From Sphingopyxis sp. (lineage in GTDB: Bacteria > Pseudomonadota > Alphaproteobacteria > Sphingomonadales > Sphingomonadaceae), in the NCBI RefSeq assembly GCF_019459305.1, contig NZ_JAIBES010000072.1, forward strand, positions 2,331 to 66,330: a DNA stretch of 64,000 nucleotides. Reading direction: 5' to 3'. The notes beneath the pieces were generated by a model that worked only from the letters and a program-made list of their open reading frames with translations, ran no database searches and was not told the origin of the DNA. Both the position numbers and the translations under genes were made by a program. Positions 1 through 10,021 of this stretch are shown here, one piece after another; within the stretch, counting starts at the first letter, position 1; every line of letters begins with the position of its first letter.

Positions 1-1
1 G

Positions 2-1420
2 TCGCAGCGGCTGGAAGTTATTTCGGGCGAAGGGCAGAAAATAGCGATTGCCGAGCGACTGGCGGAAAATGCCAAAGGTCTTGAGCAGGCGCTTGCCACG
101 ATCGAGCGCCGTTTGATCGAGCGCCACGGTGTTAGTGGCTTGCCCACCCGCGAACCGTTGCTCGAACAAATGGAGCGCGACGGCTCGGGCGTCCTCGGCA
201 CGTTTGCGCTCGATGATTTCGAAAGACTGGCGGGATTTGATCCTGATCTCGCCGAACGAGTCCTGCTGGAAATCGTCGCGCGCATTGTTCGCATGATCCC
301 CGCCGAGCGCCTGATCGCCCATGTCGACCAAGGCCATTTCGCCATCTGGTACGGCAAGGACATCGATCCTTTGGTTGCGCGATCAGAGATTGACGCAATC
401 GCTTATGCACTCGGAGGGCGGGTGAAGATCGATCAACGCGAGATATTGCCGAGCATTGCGACGCGCTGTGCAGCTTTGGTGGACGGCATCACGCCGCAGA
501 TTTTGTTGACGCGAACGCTGGCGTCTTTCGCGCTGGATGACATGCAGGACACGTATGAGCTCAGCGATCAGGCGATCGTGCAAGTGCAGCAGCGCTATGC
601 CATGGAACAGGATCTGCGCGGCGCTATTCACCGAAATGAGTTTCAGCTGCATTTTCAGCCATTGATAGACGCGCATCGGCAATGGGTGACGGGCGCCGAG
701 GCCCTGATCCGCTGGCACCATCCCGAGCGCGGCAGCGTCCCGCCATCACTGTTTATCCCGATCGTTGAAGCCGCCGGGCTGGCGGAGCAGGTCGGCATGT
801 GGGTTCTCAACGCGGCCGCCCGCCAAGCGAGCGAATGGGGAGGCGGCACCGCTGACCCCTTAAGGATCGCCATCAATGTTTCGGCCAACCAGCTTCATGA
901 TACGAAATTCGCCGAGTATCTCAGCCGGACGCTGCACAATCACTCGCTCGACCCGGCATGTCTGGAGATCGAACTGACCGAAGGGGTGGCGAGCGCTGAC
1001 GATGCCGACCTCGCGCGCCTGTTGGCCAAGATAAGGGCGCTAGGCGTAAAGATTGCCATCGATGATTTCGGCACCGGCTATTCGAGCTTCAGCACGCTTC
1101 GCCAGCTGACATTCGACAAGATTAAGATCGATCGCGAGTTCGTAACCGACGTCCATCTACGGCCGCAAAGCCAGGCGATTTGCCACAGTATCATCGCCTT
1201 GGGCCGCGGCCTCGACATTCGCGTCCTCGCCGAAGGTGTCGAAACCGCCGCGGAATATCGCTGGCTGTCGCAGCATGGCTGCCGTCATTTTCAAGGCTAT
1301 TATTTTTCGCGCCCGCTGTCGGCCGCCGATTTCGTGACCTTCATCAACGACCGGGCGAGCCTCGCTGCTTTGCTCCAGTCGCCCAGCGACATCCCCCAAA
1401 TCGAGAGAATGACATCATGA
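2..1420 (+). CDS. c-di-GMP phosphodiesterase with degenerate GGDEF and intact EAL domain (5' end outside window)
   Basis: Reading frame is open from the window edge. The GGDEF position reads DQGHF. EAL signatures present: EALIRW, DDFGTGYSS, KIDREF, EGVET, QGYYFSRP. Confidence 0.85.
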   Translation, partial: SQRLEVISGEGQKIAIAERLAENAKGLEQALATIERRLIERHGVSGLPTREPLLEQMERDGSGVLGTFALDDFERLAGFDPDLAERVLLEIVARIVRMIPAERLIAHVDQGHFAIWYGKDIDPLVARSEIDAIAYALGGRVKIDQREILPSIATRCAALVDGITPQILLTRTLASFALDDMQDTYELSDQAIVQVQQRYAMEQDLRGAIHRNEFQLHFQPLIDAHRQWVTGAEALIRWHHPERGSVPPSLFIPIVEAAGLAEQVGMWVLNAAARQASEWGGGTADPLRIAINVSANQLHDTKFAEYLSRTLHNHSLDPACLEIELTEGVASADDADLARLLAKIRALGVKIAIDDFGTGYSSFSTLRQLTFDKIKIDREFVTDVHLRPQSQAICHSIIALGRGLDIRVLAEGVETAAEYRWLSQHGCRHFQGYYFSRPLSAADFVTFINDRASLAALLQSPSDIPQIERMTS

Positions 1421-2157
1421 CGATCGCTGCTCAAATACGCCCGTGCCGATATCTCCGGCGCGCTATGGTCGTCGCTGTTGCGCTGGCCTTGGCAGGCTGC
1501 GCGAGCGGCCCGAAGCCGGACGCAGTATCGGCTCCGGCGAGCAGTGCACAAAGTATCGACGCGATTGCCGAATATCTGAACCAGGGCGATGTGTCGGCGG
1601 CGCGCAAGCTGATCAAGTCGGGGCTGAAACGCGATCCGAACAATCCGTCTCTTGCCCTGCTTCGCGATTCCATCGCGCGCGATCCGGTCGAACTGCTCGG
1701 GCCGCAATCCTTTGACTATGTCGTCCAGTCGGGCGACACGCTGGTCGGCATTGCCCAACGCTTTCTCGGCAATCGGCTGCTGACCTTTCAGCTTGCGCGA
1801 TACAACGGCATCGAAAAGCCGACGACGCTGACTGCGGGACAGACGCTGCGCATTCCCGGCACCGAACCGGTTCCGGCGCGCCGGGCGCCGACGCCCGCTT
1901 CGTCGACACCATCTGTGCCATCCGCACCGCGCGCGCAGCCCCCTAAGCAGGCAGTCGCGCCGCCCGCTCCGCGGACCGATCCCGCGGCTGCCCGCCAACT
2001 GCGGACACAGGGACTGGCCGCGCTCCACAAAGGATCCGCGACGCGCGCGGTGCAGCTGCTCCGGCGCGCTTCGGCGCTCGATCCCTCCAGTGCGGTGATC
2101 AAGGCGGACCTCGCGCGCGCCGAGCGGATCGAGGCGACGGTCCGGTCGCGCCGCTAG
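1417..2157 (+). CDS. LysM domain lipoprotein with TPR-like N-terminal part
   Basis: Signal peptide with lipobox (LALAGC). LysM core YVVQSGDTLVGIAQRF...LTAGQTLRIP. Pro/Ala-rich linker. Start overlaps the upstream stop (ATGA at 1417-1420). Confidence 0.7.
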   Translation: MTIAAQIRPCRYLRRAMVVAVALALAGCASGPKPDAVSAPASSAQSIDAIAEYLNQGDVSAARKLIKSGLKRDPNNPSLALLRDSIARDPVELLGPQSFDYVVQSGDTLVGIAQRFLGNRLLTFQLARYNGIEKPTTLTAGQTLRIPGTEPVPARRAPTPASSTPSVPSAPRAQPPKQAVAPPAPRTDPAAARQLRTQGLAALHKGSATRAVQLLRRASALDPSSAVIKADLARAERIEATVRSRR

Positions 2158-2209
2158 CGATGTTTCAACCTTCCCCCGCTACAATGATTGATGAAGAGAG
2201 TGCAGACTG

Positions 2210-3904
2210 ATGAAATCGCTGGGACGCTATAGCATCGAGGGCCGCCTGGGCGAAGGCGCGATGGCCGATGTCTATCGTGCGGTCGACCCGAGCATCGGCC
2301 GGAAGGTCGCAATCAAGGTGCTCAAGCCCGAATATGCTCGCAATCCGGGGCTCAACATCCGCTTCCTGCGCGAGGCGCGCGCGGCAGGCGCGCTGAGCCA
2401 TCCCAATATCGCTACGATTTACGAGGTGGGTGAAGAACAGGGCATCGCCTATATTGCGATGGAGCTCATAGAAGGCCAGCCGCTCGACACGTTGCTGCAG
2501 GCCAATGGCCGGATGCCCTATGAGCGTGTGTTGGTACTTGGCCAGCAGCTCGCCGGCGCGCTCGCCTATGCGCACCGGATGGGCGTGGTGCACCGCGACG
2601 TCAAACCTTCGAACATCCTGCTGTCGCACGATGGCCGCACCGCAAAGCTCGTCGATTTCGGCGTCGCGCGCATCGACGAGCCTGATCCCGAGGGGAGTAG
2701 CGACCGGTTCGCGCAGACCCAGTTCGGCCAGATGATCGGGACGCCGCGCTATATGAGCCCCGAACAGGCGCTCAGCCTCCCTGTCGATCATCGCTCGGAC
2801 CTGTTTTCGCTCGGCATCGTGCTGTACGAAATGGTGACGGGTAAGCCAGCGTTCCCGGGCATTGGCCTCGCGACGCTGGCGATACAGATTGCGCAGGAAA
2901 AGGTCGAGCCGATCGAGCGGTCGGCCAGCGATTGTCCGCCGGGACTGCGTTTCATCATCGACAAGCTGCTGTCGAAAAAGCCTGAGCAACGATTTGCCGA
3001 CGGCGATGCGGTTCGCAAGGCGATCATGCGCGAAATGAGCGCGCGCGAAGAGAGCGCGGTGCCTCGCCGCGGCCTGTCGCTGCGCGCCAAATTGCCGCTG
3101 TTGCTGGCTGCGGTCACCTTTGCCGTGCTCGCGATCTGCGGCGCGCTGATCAGCTCGCGCGAAGACCGCGCGTTCGAGGAAATGGCCGCGACCTCGGGCC
3201 GAACGATCGCGGCGTTTGTCGCGAGCAATGCAGGGGTGGTCGCGGTGGACAATGCCGGACTGCCGGCGGATCAACAGGATTGGGGCGCCCTGCAAGCCTT
3301 TGTCGCGAGCGCCAGCGAAGATCGCGAAATTCGCGCCATGACGGTCGTCGACGCAAATAATTTTGTCCGCGCCGCAACCGACGGTCGCCGCATCGGCGCG
3401 CGTTACGCGGCGCCGCAAGGCGAGGCGCGCGTCGGCGCGGCCAATGGCGCGGTGGTTAGCTATGCCGGGGCAGGCCAGGACGGCGGAATGCGGATCGTGC
3501 AGCCGATCCGCTATGCGGGAGGGACCTATGGCAAGGTTGATGTCGTCGTCCGCACCGACGCGCTAGTGGCCGCCACCAACAACACCCGCTGGCTCTTGGT
3601 CATGCTGTCGCTGGTCGTGATGGTGACGGTGATGATCGTGGGCTATTTGAGCGGCGCCGCGGTGACGCGGCCGCTCGGGCGGCTTCGCAAGGCGCTCGAC
3701 GAGGCGGCGACATCGCGCTTCGCCCTGCGCATATCGCATCGACGCGGTGATGAATTTGGCGCGGCATTTGACGCGTTCAATCGGGCCGCCGGAGCGGCCG
3801 AAGAAAAATTCGCCGCGGGTGCGGTCGATGACGACGCTTCGATGCTCGCCACTCGAATTGAGGACCCGGCTGTCGTTACTGCTCCACGGCGCCAGGTCGC
3901 CTGA
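2210..3904 (+). CDS. Hanks-type Ser/Thr protein kinase: N-terminal kinase, TM, extracytoplasmic segment, TM, C-terminal HAMP-like domain
   Basis: Kinase motifs GEGAMADVY, AIKVL, HRDVKPSNILL, DFGVAR, GTPRYMSPEQ. Two hydrophobic helices (LPLLLAAVTFAVLAICGALI and WLLVMLSLVVMVTVMIVGYL). HAMP-like PLGRLRKALDEAA...GDEFGAAFDAFN at the C-terminus. Confidence 0.9.
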   Translation: MKSLGRYSIEGRLGEGAMADVYRAVDPSIGRKVAIKVLKPEYARNPGLNIRFLREARAAGALSHPNIATIYEVGEEQGIAYIAMELIEGQPLDTLLQANGRMPYERVLVLGQQLAGALAYAHRMGVVHRDVKPSNILLSHDGRTAKLVDFGVARIDEPDPEGSSDRFAQTQFGQMIGTPRYMSPEQALSLPVDHRSDLFSLGIVLYEMVTGKPAFPGIGLATLAIQIAQEKVEPIERSASDCPPGLRFIIDKLLSKKPEQRFADGDAVRKAIMREMSAREESAVPRRGLSLRAKLPLLLAAVTFAVLAICGALISSREDRAFEEMAATSGRTIAAFVASNAGVVAVDNAGLPADQQDWGALQAFVASASEDREIRAMTVVDANNFVRAATDGRRIGARYAAPQGEARVGAANGAVVSYAGAGQDGGMRIVQPIRYAGGTYGKVDVVVRTDALVAATNNTRWLLVMLSLVVMVTVMIVGYLSGAAVTRPLGRLRKALDEAATSRFALRISHRRGDEFGAAFDAFNRAAGAAEEKFAAGAVDDDASMLATRIEDPAVVTAPRRQVA

Positions 3905-3918
3905 GGAAAGCGCACATC

Positions 3919-4941
3919 ATGTACATGTTGCAACTCTTCGCGCGCGGCGACGAAATTCATCCGGTCGATGCCCGATTGCTACGCGAAGGCCTGCTGCGGG
4001 TTGGCCGTGACAAGAGCGCCGATTGGTCGATCCCCGATCCCGACTGCGCCCTGTCGCGCACCCACTGCGAATTCGCTGTGGGTGCCGACGGGCTCACGTT
4101 GCGTTCGCTCGGCGCGAACGGGGTCTTTAATGCAGCCACTGGCGAACGACTTGCCGACCAGGCCGCGATCGCCGTGCCCTTGCCGTTCGCAATCCGCCTC
4201 GGCGACTTTCGCATCGTCGCTTCCGAAGCGCCACACGGCGATATCGCCGGACAGGAAACGCGCACCATGGTGCTGACACCGCCACTCGGTGATTCGATCG
4301 ACGTCCCCAGCGACTGGACCGACACTGCGGTCGCGACCCGGTCCGATGGGGCGCCGATCACCACCGGGTCGCTATTGGATGCTTTTTGCGAGGGCGCGGG
4401 CCTCGATGCGTCGTTGCTGGCGTGCGAGGATCCGGTCGAGATCATGCGCCGCGTTGGCGGGGTGTACCGTCAGATGGTGCTCGGCGTTGGCGACCTAATG
4501 AGCGAACGGGATCACGCGCGCTCGCATTACCAGATGACGCGGACGACGATCGGCAGCGCCGATAACAATCCGTTCAAATGGGCGCCAACCCAGCGACTGG
4601 CAATTGATTTGATCCTGGGCGGATCGCACGGCTTCCTTTCGGGTCCGGCCGCGCTGCAATCGTCCTTCCGCGATATCAAACGGCATTTGGTGGCGACCTT
4701 TGCCGGGCTGCGCGGAAGTTTACAGCAAGCTATTGCATGCTTCGCTCCTGAAAGCCTCGACGGCCAGACGCCCGGCCGGTCATTGTTCCAGAACAAAGCG
4801 GCAGCCCAGCTCAAAGAGCTGGAGAATCGGCATGCGGACCTGCTTGAGGAGATAGCAGGCAAAAAATCGGGCGTGCTCGATCGGGCGTTTGTGCAAGCCT
4901 ACAATGTCGCCGACGCGACGGCGACGGACGATCGCGAATGA
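3919..4941 (+). CDS. FHA domain protein, TagH-like (T6SS-associated FHA family architecture)
   Basis: N-terminal FHA fold (LRVGRDKSADWSIPDPDCALSRTHCEF...LRSLGANGVF). C-terminal region NPFKWAPTQRLAIDLIL...FRDIKRHLVA resembles the TagH C-domain as I recall it. Confidence 0.75.
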   Translation: MYMLQLFARGDEIHPVDARLLREGLLRVGRDKSADWSIPDPDCALSRTHCEFAVGADGLTLRSLGANGVFNAATGERLADQAAIAVPLPFAIRLGDFRIVASEAPHGDIAGQETRTMVLTPPLGDSIDVPSDWTDTAVATRSDGAPITTGSLLDAFCEGAGLDASLLACEDPVEIMRRVGGVYRQMVLGVGDLMSERDHARSHYQMTRTTIGSADNNPFKWAPTQRLAIDLILGGSHGFLSGPAALQSSFRDIKRHLVATFAGLRGSLQQAIACFAPESLDGQTPGRSLFQNKAAAQLKELENRHADLLEEIAGKKSGVLDRAFVQAYNVADATATDDRE

Positions 4942-5684
4942 ATTTTTTCCGCATCTTCGGGCGCGGCGCGGCGCCATTCATCGACGGTACTGTCGCCGCA
5001 GTCGAATCTGTTGCGCTCACCCATGTTGGCCATGTCCGTGCCGTCAACGAGGATCGTATCCTCAATCTGCCCAATGCCAAACTTTGGGCGGTGGCGGACG
5101 GGATGGGCGGCCATCAATCGGGCGATGTCGCCGCGCAGATCGCCATCGATGCACTGGGGGATCTCGCGAGTAGCGGGCAAACTTTATGCGGAGACGATAT
5201 TCTACGCGCACTACAGTCCGCAAATGCGCTAATCTATGACCGCTATGCCGACGCCGAACGGCGCAGCGGCACGACCATCGTGGCGGCCTTGCTCGTCGAC
5301 GACAGGCTCGAGATCTTCTGGGCGGGCGATAGCCGCGCCTACAGACTTCGCGGCGGCACGTGGCAACAGCTGACCCGTGATCATAGCCTCGTGCAGCAAA
5401 TGGTCGACGCGGGGGCCATACCGCCCTCCGCTGCGAGCAATCATCCAAAAGCGAACGTGATAACGCGCGCGCTGGGGGTGCATTGCGAGGTTGTCATCGA
5501 CCGGCTGGCTTTTCCGCTCGTCACGGGGGACATCATCATGCTTTGTTCTGACGGCGTCTCGCGAACCCTAGGCGCGGACAGGGTCCGAGTCCCAACGCTA
5601 GCCGCGCTTGCGCAATCGCTGATCGATCGAGCCTTGATGCGCGACGGTAGCGACAACGCCAGCCTCGTGCTGGTAAGGTCCTGA
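4938..5684 (+). CDS. PP2C-family Ser/Thr protein phosphatase
   Basis: Motifs ADGMGGHQSGDVAAQ, GTTIVAALL, LCSDGV, DGSDNASLVLV. ATGA overlap with the FHA gene stop. Confidence 0.85.
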   Translation: MNFFRIFGRGAAPFIDGTVAAVESVALTHVGHVRAVNEDRILNLPNAKLWAVADGMGGHQSGDVAAQIAIDALGDLASSGQTLCGDDILRALQSANALIYDRYADAERRSGTTIVAALLVDDRLEIFWAGDSRAYRLRGGTWQQLTRDHSLVQQMVDAGAIPPSAASNHPKANVITRALGVHCEVVIDRLAFPLVTGDIIMLCSDGVSRTLGADRVRVPTLAALAQSLIDRALMRDGSDNASLVLVRS

Positions 5685-5825
5685 TTTATCCCTTATCGGC
5701 GGCGTTGATCGAGCAGGTCCGCAAGGGGTAGCAAGCGGTCGAACGCGCACGATCAACAAAAGAGGCCGGATGACCGCATTCGCGCACTCTCCACCGCCAA
5801 GCGGCGGAGCCGCTATCGGCCAATC

Positions 5826-6938
5826 TCAGTCCAGATCGTCCGCCTCTACCATGTCATTCAGGTCGGCTCCTTTTATATCAAAGGCCGTCACAGACTCGTC
5901 GGGCAGTTCTGCTGTCAGACTTTCTACCAATCCTCGGGCAGTGCGCGCGGCGCCCATCAGGGTTGCCGATCCTGGTCCGGTCCAGTCCCCATAGCCGGCA
6001 AGCAGGCGTGGTTCCTTGATCGACCTTTGGCTTTCAACCAGCACCTGCCCACTGTCCTCGACGACCCCCAGCGCCGCCAGATGATCGAGCGCGGGTCGGA
6101 ACCCTGTGCACCAGATGATGGCATCGACCGCCATCTCCGCGCCGTCAGACCAGATTACACCTCGGGCCGTCATGCGTTCGAACGGACGCACCGACTGGAG
6201 GTCTCCGCGGGCGCGCGCATCCTTGACCGGCGGGACCATGACGATGTCGCCGATGCCGCCCATGGGTGTGTCGCTTGGACCGTTCTTCAACCGCGCTACT
6301 GCGCGTTCGAACAGGACGCGGCCGTCCACGTCATCGGGCCGGAACAGAGGGTCGTGGGTTGTCACCCAAAGGGCATGCGCGACAGGGGCGAGCTCCGCCA
6401 TGATCTGCGCGCCGCTGTTGCCGCCGCCCACCACCAGCACCGTCTGTCCGCTGTAATCCTCGGGCCGATCATAGTGCGCCGAATGAACCTGGACGCCCGT
6501 GAACGTCTCGCGCCCATCGATATCGGGAACATGGGGATGCGACCAGGTGCCGGTGGCGCTGACAACCGCGCGTGCGGCAAAGCGGCTGTTGTCCGCTACC
6601 ACTTCCAGATGATCACCGCCGCGTTCCACCGACGTCACCCTGACCGGACGCTGGATGGGAAGCGCATAGCGGGCTTCGTAACGGCTCAGATAGTCGAGAA
6701 CGTCGTCGCGTGTCGGGTAACCTTCATGTGCGGGTGGCGGCATTAGCCAGCCCGGAAGTGAGCCGTATCCGGCCGGCGAGAAGAGGCGCAGCGAATCCCA
6801 GCCGTGGCGCCAGGCCCCGCCGGGGCCTTCCTCGGCGTCGAGGATCAGGAAATCTGCTCCGGCGCGGCGCAGATAATAACCGAGCGACAGTCCCATCTGG
6901 CCGCCGCCGATGATGACGATGTCGCGCGGATCGGCCAT
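5826..6938 (-). CDS. NAD(P)/FAD-dependent oxidoreductase (flavin monooxygenase, ArsO-like)
   Basis: Two dinucleotide-binding motifs ([20 protein letters not shown]). The family-typical N-terminus starts at [13 protein letters not shown], so I chose the internal ATG at 6938 over the ORF-track start at 7079. Confidence 0.75.
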   Translation of the reverse strand: MADPRDIVIIGGGQMGLSLGYYLRRAGADFLILDAEEGPGGAWRHGWDSLRLFSPAGYGSLPGWLMPPPAHEGYPTRDDVLDYLSRYEARYALPIQRPVRVTSVERGGDHLEVVADNSRFAARAVVSATGTWSHPHVPDIDGRETFTGVQVHSAHYDRPEDYSGQTVLVVGGGNSGAQIMAELAPVAHALWVTTHDPLFRPDDVDGRVLFERAVARLKNGPSDTPMGGIGDIVMVPPVKDARARGDLQSVRPFERMTARGVIWSDGAEMAVDAIIWCTGFRPALDHLAALGVVEDSGQVLVESQRSIKEPRLLAGYGDWTGPGSATLMGAARTARGLVESLTAELPDESVTAFDIKGADLNDMVEADDLD

Positions 6939-7120
6939 CAGGCCTGAAGCCAGCGCTGGAGATCGTCGCCTCGACGGCAGGAAGTTCGTCGTCGGCGACC
7001 AGATCGGCGAGCGGTCGGATTGGTTGAAAATAGCGTGTCTAGGATCCGATGAACTTGAGCAGGCGCGCCGATTGCTCAACGACGAGCTTTTGCGGGCGAG
7101 GGGGATAGATTGCGCATCTG

Positions 7121-8137
7121 ATGCGTATTGGCTTAATGGTCACTGGAGCCAAGCGACAGCCCCCAGCGCCGTCCGACGTAAAGGGCAAGGCACGCGATCG
7201 TGGCGCGACGGCCGACACGCCGCGCAGCTATTCGTGGGCCACCGCTTGGATCGTTGTTAAGCGGGTCTGGGGCAACAGCGGCGAGCATGATTTAAGTCTT
7301 CTCGCGGCGGGAGTTGCATTTTACGCCTTTCTCTCTTTCGTGCCGCTTCTGGCGGCCCTTGTCATGGCCTACGGCCTCGTTGCGGACCCATCGCGAGTGC
7401 CCGACCACATGCGACTGGTCATCGACCTCGTCCCTGCCGACGCCGCCCGACTGATTTACGACCAGTTGACGCAGCTCACCCATGGCGCGTCGGAACGTAA
7501 GGGACTTGGACTTATCGTCGCGATGATAGTATCGATTTATGGCGCCTCGCGCGCGGCAGGGGCTATGATCACCTCGCTCAATATCATTTACGAGGAACGC
7601 GACAGGCGGAGCTATGTCCGGTGGCTAATCGTCTCCGTCGCCCTCGTCGGTGGCGCGGTTCTGGTCGCGATGGTCGGGCTTGTCGCCGCATCTATGCTCG
7701 GCTTCGCGAGCGGATGGGCGGCGACGCTCGGGCCTTTTGCGACCGCGGCGGTGCAACTGCTGACCTGGCTCCTCGCGGCGGCTCTGTGCGTCCTGACTCT
7801 TGGCGGGATCTACCGCTTTGCTCCCAACCGCGCGGACGCACGTTGGGAATGGCTATCGCTTGGCGCCGTCTTCGCCACCATGCTGTGGCTGCTTGCCACT
7901 ATCGGTTTCGGGATTTATGCCGCGCGCTTCGGGGATTATGACGCAACTTACGGCTCGCTTGGTGCCGTGGTCGTTTTGCTGATGTGGCTTTACCTGTCTG
8001 CTTATGCGGTTCTTCTGGGCGCGCTGATCAACGCTGAGGCCGAGCGGCAGACCGCGCGCGATACCACCACCGGGCCCGAGCGGCCCATGGGCGAACGCGG
8101 CGCGATGATGGCCGACACTAGCGCGGCGCTCGAATAA
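7121..8137 (+). CDS. YihY/BrkB family membrane protein
   Basis: Multi-TM protein with the family-typical N-terminal segment ([19 protein letters not shown]) and C-terminal [19 protein letters not shown]. Confidence 0.8.
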   Translation: MRIGLMVTGAKRQPPAPSDVKGKARDRGATADTPRSYSWATAWIVVKRVWGNSGEHDLSLLAAGVAFYAFLSFVPLLAALVMAYGLVADPSRVPDHMRLVIDLVPADAARLIYDQLTQLTHGASERKGLGLIVAMIVSIYGASRAAGAMITSLNIIYEERDRRSYVRWLIVSVALVGGAVLVAMVGLVAASMLGFASGWAATLGPFATAAVQLLTWLLAAALCVLTLGGIYRFAPNRADARWEWLSLGAVFATMLWLLATIGFGIYAARFGDYDATYGSLGAVVVLLMWLYLSAYAVLLGALINAEAERQTARDTTTGPERPMGERGAMMADTSAALE

Positions 8138-8293
8138 TCGGCTCACGCGGAATGAATAAGCAGAACCAATCATCGCCCGTGGCGGGCGCCGGCCCACAAT
8201 CATCGTGAGCATGGTGAGCGGGATCTCCCGAGGGCTTGGGCTTGACCAATGCGCGGGAGCATGGTTGGGCCGCGTTGCCCGAGCGTATACCGC

Positions 8294-9538
8294 TCAGAGG
8301 CCGAAGTCCGCGGGGTCATAATCGTGTCGATGGTTGGCGGAGCGTTCGGCGCGGTCGAGGTACGCGGCCATCGCGTTGAGCTCGTTTTCGGTGAGCGGCA
8401 CATCGAGCATCGCATAGACCCGCGCCATTTCCGTCCGCCAGTCGCGCTCGACATCCGCATAGTCGACTGAGACGCGCGGCTGCAGCGTGGCGGCGAGCGT
8501 CTGCGCGGTGCGTGCGTCGCGCAGCGCGACCTTACGCTGCCACTCGCGCCCGATCGCGATGCGATCGACCGCATCCGACTGCAGCCGCATCTGGTTGAGC
8601 ACCAGCGATGCCGCCGAGGCCACGACGTCATCCTCCGTCCGTGTCACGTGGACGATACGCGCGTCGGGAAAGGCCCCGAGCAGCGCGTCGAGATCTTCTG
8701 CAAATTGCGGAACCTTCAAGATCCAGGGGCGTGCGTCTGAAGTGTCGTTTGCTGCGCGCGATCCGGGGTCGCTGCGCAGCCATGCAATTGTCTTTAGCAT
8801 GTGCTTGAAGCTACGGTAGGCTGCCCGGCTGTCCATCGCTTCGCAATAATGCACAAGGCGCGGCAGACGCCACTGCGCTTCAAAGGCGGCGGGTAGCATA
8901 AGCAGGTTGAACAGTCCGATCTCTTCATCCGGAGCGCTCGCGCTTGTGGGGTGGATCGCCGCGAACTTGGGGTTCAGGCCATGCGCTGCGAGTAGCGCGG
9001 CGCGAGCGCGCCAGGGTCGGTCATCGAGCCACCGCTGCGCGCGGCCGCCGGGCAGGGGAATCCAGCTTTCGTAGAAACGTGTGAAGCGAAAGCGCGGATC
9101 ACACGCGAGCAGCCGCTGAATCCGCGTCGTCCCCGACCGCATCTGGCCCACGACAAGGATTGGCCGCGTGATCTCGACGTCGGCAATCTCGGGATGGCGA
9201 TCCCAAAGATCGAGCATGCGCAGCATATTCGCGGCCGCCGTTACGAGCTGGCCGTGCGCGATTGTGCGCCCGAGTTCGGTCAGTGCGGCGCTGTGCTGCA
9301 AATCATGCGTGAGCAAGTTCAGCCGCTCGCACCAATCGGGAGCGAGCCGATCTCTGCCGAGCCGGGTTTTGCCGCTGGCCTTAAGAATGATTGCTTCGGG
9401 GTCGAGCGACGGTTCGTCGGCGAAGCCCAGGTCCCACAAACGGCGCAGGGCAGCGTTGATCAGGGCGACGCGAGTCGAGGGATGCGGAAGCAATTCAGCG
9501 GAATGGGGATTGCTGTTGAGAGAGTTAATTGAGGCCAT
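8294..9538 (-). CDS. sulfotransferase family protein
   Basis: PAPS-binding 5'-PSB-like motif VVGQMRSGTTRIQRLL. Start is uncertain: ATG 9538 chosen, with an upstream ATG at 9586 and TTG at 9604 also possible. Confidence 0.7.
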   Translation of the reverse strand: MASINSLNSNPHSAELLPHPSTRVALINAALRRLWDLGFADEPSLDPEAIILKASGKTRLGRDRLAPDWCERLNLLTHDLQHSAALTELGRTIAHGQLVTAAANMLRMLDLWDRHPEIADVEITRPILVVGQMRSGTTRIQRLLACDPRFRFTRFYESWIPLPGGRAQRWLDDRPWRARAALLAAHGLNPKFAAIHPTSASAPDEEIGLFNLLMLPAAFEAQWRLPRLVHYCEAMDSRAAYRSFKHMLKTIAWLRSDPGSRAANDTSDARPWILKVPQFAEDLDALLGAFPDARIVHVTRTEDDVVASAASLVLNQMRLQSDAVDRIAIGREWQRKVALRDARTAQTLAATLQPRVSVDYADVERDWRTEMARVYAMLDVPLTENELNAMAAYLDRAERSANHRHDYDPADFGL

Positions 9539-9734
9539 GCAATACCAACGCGCGGATCGCTCCAAAGTGCCGCCGACCCCGAGCATTTGCGGGCGTGAAT
9601 TCAATGGCTTTGCGCGACTTTCGAGAGATTGGTTTGGCTGACTCGAGCGCCGGAACTCGCACGGAAGCGGGGTGTTGCTATGGCTGCGCGGGACCCGCGG
9701 AGATCTTTTGGGCTTGCCGCGATGATGTGCGAGG

Positions 9735-9763
9735 AAGGGGAGTCCCGTCGGCTCCCCTTTTTT
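9735..9763 (+). terminator. intrinsic terminator-like hairpin plus T6 tract with no upstream plus-strand gene
   Basis: AAGGGGAG-N9-CTCCCCTT followed by TTTTCCC. GC-rich stem of 8 bp or more and a run of six T. Confidence 0.55.
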
Positions 9764-10021
9764 CCCAAAGGCTTTTTACCAAGCCATTATCCTGATCCCG
9801 CTAATCGCCTCAGCAGTAGAGCCCATAACGATATGCATCGACCTTCTCCAATCGACCATGCCAACGGACAATTGTTCGGCTAGTTTCGGTTCCACAGCCA
9901 CGGATTGAGCTGGTCCGGGCCTGGAACGGGCTGGCCTGCGCGTCGAGTCGGGCAATCAGAAGGCCACTATTTGACTTTTTGCGCTGAGACCAGCCTGACC
10001 GCAATGGCCATGTTCAGTCGC

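Noticed and set aside
2165-3418. 417-aa minus-strand ORF antisense to the Ser/Thr kinase
   Set aside because: Arg/Ala-rich shadow ORF typical of high-GC DNA. The plus strand carries unmistakable kinase motifs.
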